A DNA stretch of 64,000 nt from Octopus sinensis. Lineage: Eukaryota. The stretch lies in the NCBI RefSeq assembly GCF_006345805.1, contig NC_042999.1, positions 144,460,001 to 144,524,000 on the forward strand, in the 5' to 3' direction. Below, piece by piece: positions 12,297-25,218 of this stretch (its first letter is position 1; the number at the start of each line of letters is the position of its first letter). Under the pieces are notes generated by a model, which saw only the letters and a program-made list of their open reading frames with translations, had not been told where the DNA came from and did no database searches. A program made the translations under genes and the position numbers.

Positions 12297-13218
12297 CAAA
12301 ATATATTCATAAAAATTTGTCCAGGATGAGTGTTTACACCAACTGACTGATATTTGGAAGGCAAAACTGATAGGCAAGTGAAGGAGCTTTAATATTGTCG
12401 TTCATTTTATTTCATTTCACGTATTCTAATTAGTCCACTTTGCGGGGTGGTTGGTGTTAAGTTGGGCATCCTGCCATAAAGACCATGGCAAACAGACACT
12501 AAAGCTTGATGCAATCTTCTACCTAGCTAGCTTCTGTCAAACTGTTCAACCCATACCAGCATGGAAAGCAGACATTAAATGATGAAGATGATAACTGAAA
12601 TTTTTCAATGCAGAATCAAATGCTTGGATCAGATTGTCAAACTTCACAAAAAGGCTTTTTCTGTGTTCTCATGCTTTTTCTGAAGTCTGGTGTAGGCTGA
12701 AGATCATATCCACTGTACTTATCTAAAACTACACAAACACTGAATATATAGTGAATATAAAGTGTATGTTGGTTTATTCGGATTTAAAAGACACAAGCCA
12801 AAGATGTGCAAGATACCTTTGTAGTGTCTAACTCAGCTTTCCAATGTGCTTTTCAGCTACTTAGTTCAGTCACTGCAATAAATAGATCTCTCAACAGACT
12901 ATTTCTGTCTTCACAATGTATAGCTTAATAAGTTAAAACTCTAGCTAAAATAGTTCTCACTGAAGACAATTACATCCACATCTTGACTGCTGAACATACA
13001 TGGAAATTCAGCCCCAAACCAATGTGCTAGAAACCTTTTATTGTTACTCAGCACTTATGGGCTACTCCTAAATATTCGATCAATCACATTCATTTCCTAA
13101 GTTTACTCAAGCTGAGCTGACCAGCTACTACACAACAAAAGCATACAAGATTTGTCTTGCTCTCTTGTTTTTTTTGGGGGTGGGGGGGGGGGGGGTTGTT
13201 GTTTTTTTTTTTTTTTAG

Positions 13219-13314
13219 TGGGAGGTCATTATAAGGGAGGATCTTTGTCCATAACATTCTCGGATTCTCTAGAACTAATGAGAAAGATGTGGCTTCTGGT
13301 CAGCTTCAGCATCT
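13219..13314 (+). CDS. Candidate in-frame ASH2L cassette exon
   Basis: Long poly-T run then ag acceptor, donor TCT|gtaagt, exactly 96 nt. Only the frame compatible with the flanking phase-1 intron is open: (M)GGHYKGGSLSITFSDSLELMRKMWLLVSFSI. No homology recognised. Confidence 0.35.
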
Positions 13315-16300
13315 GTAAGTAGATGTCTACAGAAACATGTGGCTGGAAAGGTATTCCAAAGAGTTGACTATCTGGTAAGGCAAAATTAGACAAGAGGACT
13401 AGTACAAATCCTGTGGAGAACACAGTTGTAGTGACAAGAGGAAGAGAAACAGGTGAAGGTGGTATGCAAATGGCTACTATAAACTACTTCCTAGTTGTTT
13501 CTTTGAATGTGTATCACAGTTACTAATATTACATTGTATGTATGACTGTCACAGATAGACCTTCAATAAAAATTTGAACTGCAAGTCACTCCTGAAATTT
13601 TTTTGCAATGAAATAGAATGGTAGCGGGGGTCAGAGGAATTTCGTCATTTATTTTGACATTTCTTTTCATGCAATCATTTTAATGGTGCATGAGGGTGGG
13701 GTTTGTCTTTCACTTTCATATTTGTTTCATAGAAATTATATGAAATTTTTATTGTATTTGCTTTTCTTAAATTCATACAAGTTATAAGATATTTTATCAG
13801 TATAGAAAGTCACTCACCTATTCTGCATATCACTTTTCTTCTCTTTAAAGACTTTTTCTCTTTGGTGAGTGTTATTTTTCTCTCTATCAAGAAGATTTTT
13901 TTGTTAAACCAATATATGTATCACAAGAGATAGTGTACAAAATTTAAGTTTTAACTAATAATACTCAGTTAACTGTTATAATTAATTATTATTATACACT
14001 GTTGAGTCTATTCAGACAACTTTTATTTTTCTGCATGTATACATTAATAATAAAGAAGGAGAATTAGAAAGGCAAAAGACACTGGAAAAGAACAAAGATA
14101 TTATAGGGAGGTAAAAAGGAAACAGAAGGAAGAAAAAAAATGGAAAAAACAAATAGGTGATAATTCAGGAATTCCAGTAACAGGTCATGGGGCTGAGCAG
14201 CCACAAGACTGAAGCCTTGATAAACCTTCTAACAGATAAACATACACACACACACATGTATAGCTGACTTATAGTTTCTTATAGATACTTATAGATTCAC
14301 AATATATAATGTGTGCAAACTGGATATTGGACAGACACTTTTGATGTATTAAATTTCTAAAATTTTCTCTTTTTGTCTCTTGGTCTTGTGGCCCATTTCT
14401 GTAGGGAGATTATTTTCAACTTGACTTTCTGTTTCATGGCCCCTCAGTGTTGTGAATCTTTGGTCTATTACAATGTACCTGCATCCCAATGCATATAACA
14501 GCAATTCATGTGTATTACTTAAGTTACTTTTACATGGAATATTCAGAGACAAAACAATACCAGGTAGTGGTAAATGAAGAGGTTGCTGCATGAATTGCTT
14601 GAATAGTGGCAGTTTTTAGAGCAATGGCTATAATACCTTACAACATTTGGTCTAGCTCTCTGCACTCTGAGATCAAATCCCATTGGGTTGACTTTACATT
14701 ATCATTTCAAGATTGATGAAGTCGCAGTTCAGAGCACTGAATTGGCAGAATTGCTAGAGGATTATACAAAATGCTTTATAATTATTCTGGATCTTTGCAT
14801 TCAGAATTAATCTCCAGCTTTCTGGAATCCCATCAGTAGCAAATTTATTCTAGAGTACTGGTATGATATCCAATGTAAGAAAGAGACTGCCAATAAAATT
14901 CCTGTAAACTCACAAAACTAATATAGTATGAGTTCAAAAATGTGCAGAATTTTCATTTTTATGTCACTTCACTTAGCAACTATTTATGTAAAACTACAGT
15001 TTGGTCATTGGTTCATGTTCTAAGAAAAATTATGGCGCTCTTACTGCTTCTGAAATAGCAACCATTCTATTTAGAACAGAAGAAAAGAGTAGTGGACATT
15101 AAACATTGTTTTCTGTAAACATGATGAGAGTTTACTGCAAATTATCCTGCTGAATCTGGGTTATGTTCCATTGCACATTGTTCTTTTATCCGTAAGGAGT
15201 GAGAAATGTTGAAACTTTTGGCTCATGGGTGTGAATCAATATAATGCAGATGGACAACAGAATTATGCAAGCAGAATGAAGTATCATATCAATGATTCTT
15301 AAATGTTTTACTTGAGAGGAAGATTTTCACAAGATTACATTCATGATAGCCATTGCAAAGTAGAAAAACAGCTCAACAGGTCAAAAAAGAATCAATAGAA
15401 GAGCAGTGTTTTTACAGTTTGATAAACTAATGCAAAAGTGGTGACCTAAATAACGATGCTACTAACTATCGTGTGCTTCTATTTTCCTTCATTAAGGGGT
15501 CTGTGTTATACAAAATCTCTTAATGCTGTTGTTGAAGCTATAAATAAGGAAATTATCAACTTACTTGAATGGCAAAACAGTCACTTACAAAATCATTCGT
15601 AGCTGCAATTGAAGAAGACAAACTCCAGTGAAGTTCCTTGCCATTGAGAAAAAGATATGTTATAATATTGTGAAATTTATATAAAATTAATAGGTTTTGC
15701 AATCAAAGAATTTGAATAACCCATTAACATGAGCACGTGATTGAATGCAACATTGTTACAGAAGATATATTGCACAATTAAACTGAGAACTTAACATTCT
15801 TCTGCTAGTACCTTTATACAATTACTATTTTCAGTTAATAAATCTCATTATCAGTCAATGAATAAGTAGATTTATTTTTCCAACTAATCTATTTGCAGGT
15901 TGCTATAATAATGATGTTGGACAAGTCACCAACATTTGTATATTGAACTTTTCTAGTGATAAAGCTTTTGCTTTATCATTTCAAATAAATTTATATTCAT
16001 ATAGACTTGTTTTTGTAGGTTTTTTTTATCATCCAGAATCAACTACCTAGCAAAGCAAGACTGAGCACATTTATTGTTATGAATATATCCGTAAAAAAAT
16101 TATGTAAAATGTATTTATAATGCTCAAAGAATCAAAATATAAATTTACTCATCCAACAACAGCCATTGTGTTGTTCTTTTGACCAAGGTGCATAACTTTG
16201 CACTCTCCACTTTGTGTGACTCAAAAAAACAGGTTCATTCATGCTTCTATTGATAGTGTTATAAGGAAATGCATCCAGTTCTAAATACAACTGTTCCAAC

Positions 16301-16539
16301 ATAAAAAGAATTTACTCTCACTCCTATACACTCCTATACACTCAAGAAAATCAGTGTGAAATAATAAAAAGATTATTCATTCTTTTGGCTTTTATTAAGC
16401 TATAATTGACGAAATGAAATGCTTTCAAAGATAAAAAATTCAACTATTTATTTTGTAATAAGGTTATTGTTGAACTTTATATCAACTTTTATTTCTTGTC
16501 TTTATTTACATAAACCTATTCTGATTCTGTTATGAACAG

Positions 16540-16615
16540 CTTCAAAAGGCCGTGGCAACAAAAGGAAAGCACCTCTGGATGGTACGCAGCAAACTGGGAC
16601 AAAGCAAAAGAAAAG
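16540..16615 (+). CDS. ASH2L: ASH2L coding exon (basic linker)
   Basis: aacag|CT to AG|gttagt, 76 nt, phase 1 to 2. SKGRGNKRKAPLDGTQQTGTKQKK matches SGKGRGAKRK...TKKARS. The ORF track reads this region in the wrong frame. Confidence 0.9.
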
Positions 16616-17409
16616 GTTAGTGATGTGTTACATCCATTTTCACTTTGCTCTTTGCTTTGTAAGCATGTGAGTGTCAGCAGGTGGTGGGAGTGGGGAGTAT
16701 CAATTTGGGTACGGTGAGAGGAGTGTGAATATGTTGGTGTTAAATGGTATGTGTGATTGAGATAGGAAAATGTTTACAATCTGAACAAACTATCCTCTTT
16801 TTGGAAGTTACTTAATTCAGATTGAGTTCTTGTCATGCAGACCTATGTTAAATATGTTCTACCCATGACCAACAGGACCAACCATTTTTTTGTTTTTTGT
16901 TGTTTTTTTTTCAACCTTACCATGTATTTAGGTCTCTTATCTATCCAATATATCCTTCCTTTCAAAAAACAAAGACAATAGAGTGGGATTTGAGAGGAAT
17001 TTTGCTGCTATTTCTAGCAAGTTATGTGATCTCCTTATTGTCTTAATGGGTGTTGCTTGACCTGATACGCATGTAAGTAATTTAACATTTTTTAGCTTGT
17101 GGCTTAGGCTGTAACAGCAGGTTACCTGATAGTAGCAACAGGTTTGGAGAAGTTTCATGTCTTAGTTGCTGTCACTTCAATTTCTTCATGCTGCTAATGA
17201 TCTTGGAAAAAGTATCAATCCCACAACCTCTTATTTGCTCTTCTTAAAAAGTTCAAGCTTTACACCTATGAAAGAAATTAATATTGTCATCGTCGTGTTT
17301 CAGATAGGGATGTTGGCATATTTGTTATGGAGTAGGCCTGGGTATTTTAGTTGTGTCACATTGTTGTAAATTTAAATCATTGCATGGATAACACTTGCCT
17401 TTTATTATT

Positions 17410-17783
17410 CATCATCATCATCATTTAACATCTGTTCTCTATGCTGGCATGGGTTGGACAGTTTGACTGAGGTCTGGAGAGCCAGCAGCTGCACTAGGCT
17501 CCAATCTGGCTTAGCAGAGTTTCTACAGCTGGATGCCTTTCCTAACACCAATCATTCCGAGAGTGTAGTGGGTGCTTTTTACATGCCACCGGCACAGGAT
17601 AAAGTCAGGCAGGCCTGGCGTCGATCATGTTCGGATAGTGCTTTTTACATGCCACCGGCACGGAAGCCAGTCAGGGGTTACTGGCCTCAGCCTTGTTCAG
17701 ATTGTGCTTTTTACATGTCATTTGCACAGGAGCCAGTCAGGCAGACCTGGCAGCGATCACATTCAGATGTTGCTTTTTACATG
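17410..17783 (-). mobile_element. RTE-type LINE/SINE 3' UTR with (ATG)n tail and ~4 degenerate stem-loop units
   Basis: (CAT)n-TTAACATC on + followed by repeated GCTTTTTACATGCCACCGGCAC units. Same family as copies at 25.2, 28.9, 36.5, 40.9, 44.0 and 51.6 kb. Confidence 0.8.
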
Positions 17784-18646
17784 AAGGCATATAAGGATGT
17801 GTTGATCACATATAGTGGATCAAACCTGCAGAAGAGGAGACCCCGAAAGACGTGAAATGAAGCAGTGGGAGCTGATCTCAAGATGTCTGGTGATATGAAG
17901 GTCTTGAGAAGACCCGCTCTCCTCAGTGAAACTGAATTCTGAAAGTGTTGTGTATTATGTGCTCTTCATCCACACATAACATTAATTCACACATCTCACC
18001 CCAATGAACCAAACTACATCTCTTTATGCACTAAGCTTGTCTGTCATCTCTCTCCTGCCCTCACCCTGCCAAATGTATTATTACTATCCTGCTGTTCTTT
18101 TACACATCTTTGTTCACTACTCACTGCATTCCCTTTCTCCTTCCTTCTCCCCCCCCCCCCGTTATACTCATGTGAACTCCCTGCTCACTCACCATCCAAT
18201 CTTTTGTACCACTCCACTTATATTCACACTCTTGTATATCATCACCATTGGTGACAGGAAGAGCATTCAGCTGTAGAGCATCTGCCTCAGCAAATTCAGT
18301 CCAGCCCATGCGAACCTGCAAAAGAGAACATTAAAACAATGATCATGTATATATAAATAAATAAATCAATTGATCTTTCTCTCTCTCTCTCCTCTCTCTC
18401 TCTCTCACTATCTCTCTCTCTCCCTCTCTCTCTCTCACTATCTCTCTCTCTCTCACACACACACACACATGTATGTCTGCTTTGGTTTGGGTGATTTGAT
18501 AGTAACTGATGAAACAGAGGACCATGTCATTCTCCAATGTCTCGGGTTTTGCATGGTTTCTATGGCTGAATGCTCTTCCTAATGTCAACCATTTTACTTG
18601 GAGGTGGGCTAGAGTATGTGTGTACATACACACACACACATATATA

Positions 18647-19850
18647 CAGGGTGTGTAAAATATATGAGGAGAGCTTTATGTTTATGAAAAAAAAGATATA
18701 TAATAACCGATAATAACTTTATTTTTCAAAAAATACTATGTGGATAAAAATAAACTTTCTTTTCTATAATGTTATTCAATAAAGCCACCTTCAGCTTCAA
18801 CAACTACTTCTATATGAGATCTAAATCATCTACATGCTTGAATCAAGTGATCCTGGTTCATTTTGGACATTAGTCTGACTATGGCAGCTTTCAAAGAATC
18901 TTTGGTGTTATGGGCGTGCTCATTAACCTCTCTCTCTCAACAATGCTCCACATGTAATATTCCAATGGATTGACATCTGGGGAAGTAGGAGGCCAAATGT
19001 TAGGGCTTATGTGATCATGAAAATTTTCAGCCATCCATTCCTGTGTCATTAGAGCCATGTGTGATAGTGCAGTCTTACTGAAACACATATGGCCTTCCAT
19101 TGCATACACTGTCTATCCAGGGCTTAACAATTGTTTTCAGGACCTCAATGTAGGCAGTAGAGTTAACTCTAAGGTCTTGTGGAAAGATGTAAGGAGGCAT
19201 CATATGTCCTTCATTGCTGATAACCCCTAAAACCATGACAGTTGCAGGAAATTTTGTATGCATAACACTTGGAACTTCAGAAGGTTCTGCACATAACCAT
19301 CTGTCATTTCTTCTGTTAACTTTTTGATCTTGGTTGAAGTTTTTCTCATTGAGAAAAACCAAATCAAATCTTTTGCTGAATTTTCCAGTTTGTTTAAGAA
19401 CCTTTTAGATCTGATGTAGTGATTTTCTTTTGCTTTTTCTGACAAATTGGCCTTTTTTCATCATATAAGACTTGTCTTCATGGACAACATTTCTGACTGT
19501 TCCTTTTGACACATGGGGATCTTTTGCATGGACTTTCTGGGATTGTAATCAATAGTCTGTTGAACTTGCAAGATAAATTCAAGGGTTCTGATGATTTCAG
19601 AGTGTTTAGAATGCTTTTTATGCTTCAATACTGGTGATATGTTTCCATCTTCAGTTTCTAACTCCTTACAAACTTTCTAGACGAAAGATCTGGCAACATA
19701 TAAAAATCAAGATATTTCTAAATTGCTATACTCAGCCTTTATAACTGCAATAACAGCATGCCTCTTCATTTCTTGAGTAAGCTGAGAGTCTGCCATTATT
19801 ATTTTCTGAAACAAAGATTATACAGAGTTAGCAACAAATGCAGCAGTGAC
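18647..19850 (-). mobile_element. Decayed Tc1/mariner element, maT (DD37D-like) type
   Basis: TA|CAGGGTG terminus at 18645-18653 and a near full-length disrupted transposase. The other terminus was not identified, so that boundary is approximate. Confidence 0.8.
18772..19796 (-). pseudogene. maT-type transposase pseudogene
   Basis: MADSQLTQEMKRHAVI...FLNEKNF.QDQKVNRRNDRW...VMVLGVISNEG...FQ*D...WPPTSPDVNPLEY...VVVEAEGGFIE*, with several stops and frameshifts. After repairing a 2-nt deletion, 37 residues separate the second and third catalytic positions. Confidence 0.88.
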
Positions 19851-19859
19851 CCAAAAAAT

Positions 19860-20470
19860 ACCTTACAAAGGTATGACATCTGCAGAACTTCTACCAAGCA
19901 TAAAGCCTAATTCTGTTCTTATAAAGTTGTGCTGTAACTCTTTCTGTAACCCTCATAGCTTGATCCAACAACATGATAACTCTAATTGCCTTTCTCTAAT
20001 GCATTTCCTCTTCCCTTGTAGTGGGATACACTGATACTGCTATGCCAGTCATCAGGTATAGTGCCTTCCTGTTTTCCTGGTTAATACTTTGGTGGTTTGT
20101 GCCTATCCTCCATTGCCAGATAACTTAAGCATCTCAGCAACTATACTCAATAGACAGCTGAACCTATCTTCATATCCTTAGTTACTCTATCTACCCTCCT
20201 GCTGTCAACTTGAATCTCTAATCCTTTTCTTGAGTTAACTTGCGGAATACTATCTTTTTCTTATGCACTCTTCTCATTCAACAACCTCTCATAATAGCAT
20301 TTCCATGCCTCTTTTCATCAGCTGTAAGAGCACATGTGCTTCTATCAATGCAGATGTACTTGTCCTCAATGACATCTTGGTCTTCTCTGGCACACTGTCT
20401 TGCAATCCAGAACACCTCGTACTTCTGATTTTTACATCATGAAACATTTTCAAATTTCTTCCTTTCTGCT
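19860..20470 (-). mobile_element. RTE LINE fragment (EN-RT linker and RT start)
   Basis: Disrupted reading EVFWIARQCARE...IVAEMLKLSG...PDDWHSS...YKGRGNALEKGN...LLDQAMRVTERV. Boundaries approximate. Confidence 0.7.
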
Positions 20471-20998
20471 TTCATGTTCCCTGTCTTAATTATTAATTGT
20501 AAGTCAGTTGCTCTTGTGGAACAAAAAGTAAGTTATTAACAACTCAAAACATCTACGTAGTTTTGAGCCATGACCAATACTACAAATTTCATTAGGATAC
20601 AGTTCCTGGGCCTTTCTGTCTCACAAAAAAAGAAACCAATTTTTAAGACTGTAGAATTGATGCAAATGGTTGAGAGTGGTATTAGATGCTATACAAATAT
20701 GAAGTTAACTTTATGGATGTAAGTTTTCCCCACCTTCATCATCATTATAGTCATTGTTTTGACTATTTGATTTGTCAGTTGGCTAGGTCTGCAATACAAC
20801 TTGTTTCCATTCTGTACCATATTACCTGTTAGGTCCAACTATCTCTGATGTAACCTATTCAACCAAAAATCTATCATTTACCTTTACTATCAACTCACAA
20901 CACTTTTTTAGTTAACATGACAGCAAATTTGAAGTGGTCAAATTATTCTTAAATCTCTTAAGAGCACAATTTTTATCTTTTGTATTTTTTAAATCCAG

Positions 20999-21216
20999 TG
21001 AATTGAATTCTGCAATGAAGCTAGCCCCCCATGGCTACCCTCTGGAGCATCCATTTAACAAAGATGGCTATCGTTATATCCTAGCAGAACAAGACCCACA
21101 TGCACCTAATAGACAAGCTTTTGATGAGAGTTCAGACTGGGCTGGAAAGCCTATTCCCGGTTATTTGTACCGAACATCTTTAGGAAATGATGTCCTCTTC
21201 GCTTTGCATGACCGTG
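20999..21216 (+). CDS. ASH2L: ASH2L coding exon (pre-SPRY)
   Basis: atccag|T to CGT G|gtaagc, 218 nt, phase 2 to 1. Contains [35 protein letters not shown] and LFALHDR, diagnostic of ASH2. Confidence 0.98.
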
Positions 21217-21758
21217 GTAAGCAGGAATTTACTGATCTTGTGACTGCTTTATATTACACTTAAAAATGTATTCTTTTTCTCTTTTTCATTTTTCTCTAAC
21301 TATAGGAAAGGATATACTCCTTGCCTTATTGTGTGCTGGTAGAACTAAACAAATGCTAGACACCTTTTGGAGTTGTCTTAAGAAATTGTAATGATCAAAA
21401 ATGAATATGGTGACAAAAATTTATTTAACTTGTTATTTAGCCTCAGGTCAGTTCTATAATAGAGGACATTTCAGCTATGGCTATTCCAGCTTTGAATTTA
21501 TTTTTTCAGGTGCTACTGTGTGGTTGAGAAGTTTGCTTCCCAACTACATGATTTCAGGTTCTGTCTAACTGTGTGGCACCTACTATAGCCTTGATTCAAC
21601 CAAAACCTTATCAGTGGATTTGGTAGACAGAAGCTGAAAGAAGCCTGTCACATATATATATATAAACAGAAAATCTAATTCCTATTCTATTATTAATTGT
21701 TTTGAATCCCTGTTTATGTGCTTCTTCTCTTCTACAGTATTTGTTTTGTTTCTTTTAG

Positions 21759-21836
21759 CTCCACAACTAAAAATTTCAGACGATTGTTTAACTGTGACTG
21801 GAGATAAAGGATACAGCATGGTGAGAGCCACACATG
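21759..21836 (+). CDS. ASH2L: ASH2L coding exon (SPRY start)
   Basis: cttttag|CT to CAT G|gtcagt, 78 nt. [26 protein letters not shown] matches [26 protein letters not shown]. Not in the ORF track. Confidence 0.97.
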
Positions 21837-22411
21837 GTCAGTTATTGGTTTTGTTATTTTATTTATCTCGTTAGAACTGTTTATATTATTTAATTTGTAT
21901 TATGCTATAATAAGTATTGCTATATGTTGTGTTGTGCTGCTTGAAAGAGCATGTTGTGTATTTTGTTGCAATCTGTATGTTCTGTGTTGTGGCATTGTAT
22001 CTTCTGAATTGTAGTCTTCTGTTCTGATTGCAGTCTTCCTTGTTCTGTATTAATATGTTGTGTTCTATGTCACAGTGTCAAATATTGTGTTGCTATGTCA
22101 TATGTGCTGTCTTGCAGTTTCATGTATTTTTTGTTGTAATGTTATGTGTCCCTTGTTGTGATGTCAAATATTGTGTTGCAATGTTATGTGTTTTGTTTTG
22201 CCATCTCATGTTTTTTTTTTCTTTTGAGCTATGATGTGGTCCTATCTGATCTGTGATACTATGTCAAGTTTTCTAAATTATCCAGTTCGTTAATGCAAAT
22301 ATAAGGAGCCCCTACAACTTTGCTCTACCTACTTAGTAATAGTAGCCAAATTTCCCTCAAATTACACCCTTCTCTCTTAAAAAAGAGCAGTCACATGAGA
22401 TAATGTAGTCC

Positions 22412-22452
<41 letters not shown>

Positions 22453-23141
22453 CTGAAAAAGACAAGCTAGTTATCGCTGGAAAGCCCTTAATCAGGGTTG
22501 AGCCAGGGCTAAAGCAACAACAAGCATGATACACTTGGAAACAAAATTCAAATGATTCTGATACAGTAATGCTGTACTTGAAAATAATATATATTTTACT
22601 ACAAACAATTTTAAAAACAAAATATTCTTGTCATTTTATGGCAGGACTGCACATCATTGCCGTGAACCTGTAAAAATTAATAATACAAGCTTCCAATAAG
22701 ACAGTGCGATAAGTCATCTTTCTTGAATGGGTTGGACAGGTCCTTGCCAACACAGCATCTCCCTAATTATCATGTTCTTTTGTCATTTGTTGTATGAGAT
22801 TAAACGCCCCAAGATCAGCTTTAACCACTTCTGCTCATGTTTTCCTCGGTCTTTCTCTTCTTCAGCTTCCTTCTACATGGATATTCTAGCACTTTACCTA
22901 TCTGTTACCCACCATACATATTACATGTTCATACCAATGTAGACTTGCACACTACTGCTAATTCCTTTTATAACTGGTCTATATTGCAACTCATCTTTAT
23001 CTCTTCATTCATGCAAACTAATATTACAGACCCAGCAGATTTGTAATAATGATAATAATAATAATAATAATAATAACAATAACACACATATGACATAGCA
23101 ACACAATATTTGACACTGTGACATAGAACAACAGCAACAAC

Positions 23142-23286
23142 AAATACCTTAAGAGAACCCAGGTTCGAAATTTTCCCAAGAAGGTATATCAGCCGAAATG
23201 TTGTGTTAACAACAAACAAGATGAGGACAAATATCCATCAATTGTAAATAATATACATAATTCCTCAGCTCTTAAATATAGAACTG
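23142..23286 (+). mobile_element. Second copy of the family-1 hammerhead tail, CUGAUGA core deleted
   Basis: ATACCTTAAGAGAACCCAGGTTCGAAA...CCCAAG[deletion]AAGGTATATCAGCCGAAATGTTGTGTTAACAACAAACAAGATGAGG, collinear with 4110-4163 and the reverse complement of 3883-4004. Confidence 0.8.
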
Positions 23287-23529
23287 GAAGGACTAAGTTA
23301 TCAACAGATAGGAGTTCCCATGGACAGCCAATTTTAAATTACTATTATAACTTCGAGAACTATAATAAATAGGAAATCACTAAGAACTGGGAGCCTTGAT
23401 GGACACCTATCTGCATGCTAAATTCTGCTAAACTCCTTGCCAATTCTCACTTCGCATTCTTTACATAGCTTGCACTGCTCTTACAAGCCATTCATTTACA
23501 TCTACTTTTCTTAAAGCCCACCAAACTAT

Positions 23530-24200
23530 AAATTATAGTGCCTTTCAAAGGTTTCCTGCAAGTCAACAAATACTAGATAAAGAGGTTTATTCTTAGCTAA
23601 AAGTTTTTCATACAGTTGCCTCACTATAAAAAGAGCAACAGAAGTACTATGGCCTGGTACAAATCTAAACTGCATTTTATCTAAACTGATTTTCCTCCTA
23701 ATCATTTGTGTTAATACTCTTTTTGTCACTTTAATAATCTGATGTCTCTGTTGTTGCTTGTTTCCATTGCCCTTTTAACAGTTGGCAATTTTTGCTATTA
23801 CACCAATCTTTGGGTATGACACCTCCCTATTTTACCTGGTTGATTATGTGAGTTACTTATTTGATCCCCATTTCATCAGATATTTTCAGCATTTCAGCAA
23901 CTATTCCTGGTGGGTCCGTCTTCATATCTCTTAAGTGCTTGTTTGCTTGCTTCACATTCTTACTTGATGGGACTGGGGTTATCCCAGGTTAGTGGTCCCA
24001 GAGACAGCATGCAGTCTACCTGTACTTTCCTTCGCTGACAGTCCCATGTCAGCCCCTGTGCATCCTCCAAAGTGACGTCGAGCCTCTAGAGATCTTCCTT
24101 AATCACATCCAGTCATCTGGTGCAGGGTCTGCCATGAAGTATCTTCCAGCCTGCAGCTGCTGTGCCACATGAGAGTAAGGCCTTGGCAGGATGATCTCTT
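23530..24200 (-). mobile_element. RTE LINE fragments (RT domain plus an ORF 3' end)
   Basis: 23526-23729 reads QFRFVPGHSTSVALFIVRQLYEKLLAKNKPLYLVFVDL (RT). ~23990-24200 reads DHPAKALL...HGRPCTR*LDVIKEDL (RTE C-terminus). Confidence 0.8.
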
Positions 24201-24574
24201 AAGTGAATTTTTGTTAATGAATCTTACTGATAATCTAATATTGTTGTGCTGTTTAACCCCAAAGAGCAAACTTATCAATGGCATCACTGCTTTGTCTCTC
24301 CTCGAAATTAAGAGGTGCTAAGATTACAACTGATGTGTATTTTCCTTTTTTATGATGATATGATGTGCGTTAAGGTGGATTTGGCTGCAATTTCTAGCAG
24401 GGCAAACAAACATAGAAGTTTCCTTTTTGACTCCAGGTAATATAAAGTTAATGATGGTGGTAATTATAATCTCTGTTAATATAAAATAAAAAAATTCAAA
24501 CCATTAACTATATTGTGAAGTAGTGCTATGTATTTCTAACTTTTGTTTGTTTTTGTTTTTTTACTGTACGTCAG

Positions 24575-24664
24575 GTATTCGCTGTGGTTCTTGGTACTAT
24601 GAAGCAAAAATAGACGACATGCCACTTGACACTGCCACCCGGATTGGATGGGCTCAGCCACTTG
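24575..24664 (+). CDS. ASH2L: ASH2L coding exon (SPRY)
   Basis: gtcag|GT to CTT G|gttagt, 90 nt. [30 protein letters not shown] matches [30 protein letters not shown]. Confidence 0.97.
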
Positions 24665-25218
24665 GTTAGTATTGGTAGTTGATATTTGTATATAGTATAG
24701 ATGTTTGTGTATATAGTGAGCACCTAATATGCGTAATAGTAAGATTCCATAGATTTGAAGCAGCAACTTAGGTTCACTTTAGTTCACTTTCTCTGCTAAT
24801 ACCTCTGGAAGATTATCAAAACTTCATTTCTACATTCTATAAAGTCATATCAGATGTGATATTGAGGCATATGCCACTGCAGTACATTGCGCCATGCATC
24901 ATTTGTCAACATCTGCTCAGGTTGTCTCAGGCAACCCTCCAATGTCCCATTCAGTTCCTCATCGTGATCATGAGACATGTGGCCAGCCAACACAAGCCAT
25001 CACCGTAGCTGGATCCTCAGAAAAGAGGACACAGGATCCCACTCAGAAAACCAAGCAACATGATCAAACAGTCTAAGCTGATGCTCCCAAATCATACTGG
25101 CAATAGGATACATCCATAAAGTCAACAAGGTTATTTAGATGTATATCTGTGATCACAAAAGATCAAGTTATTTATGTGGAACAAATATTTACTCTTAGTT
25201 ATTTGTATGTGTGTATAT

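Noticed and set aside
19920-19957. Second TIR of the maT element
   Set aside because: The sequence translates as RTE reverse transcriptase (AMRVTERV) and belongs to the adjacent LINE fragment.
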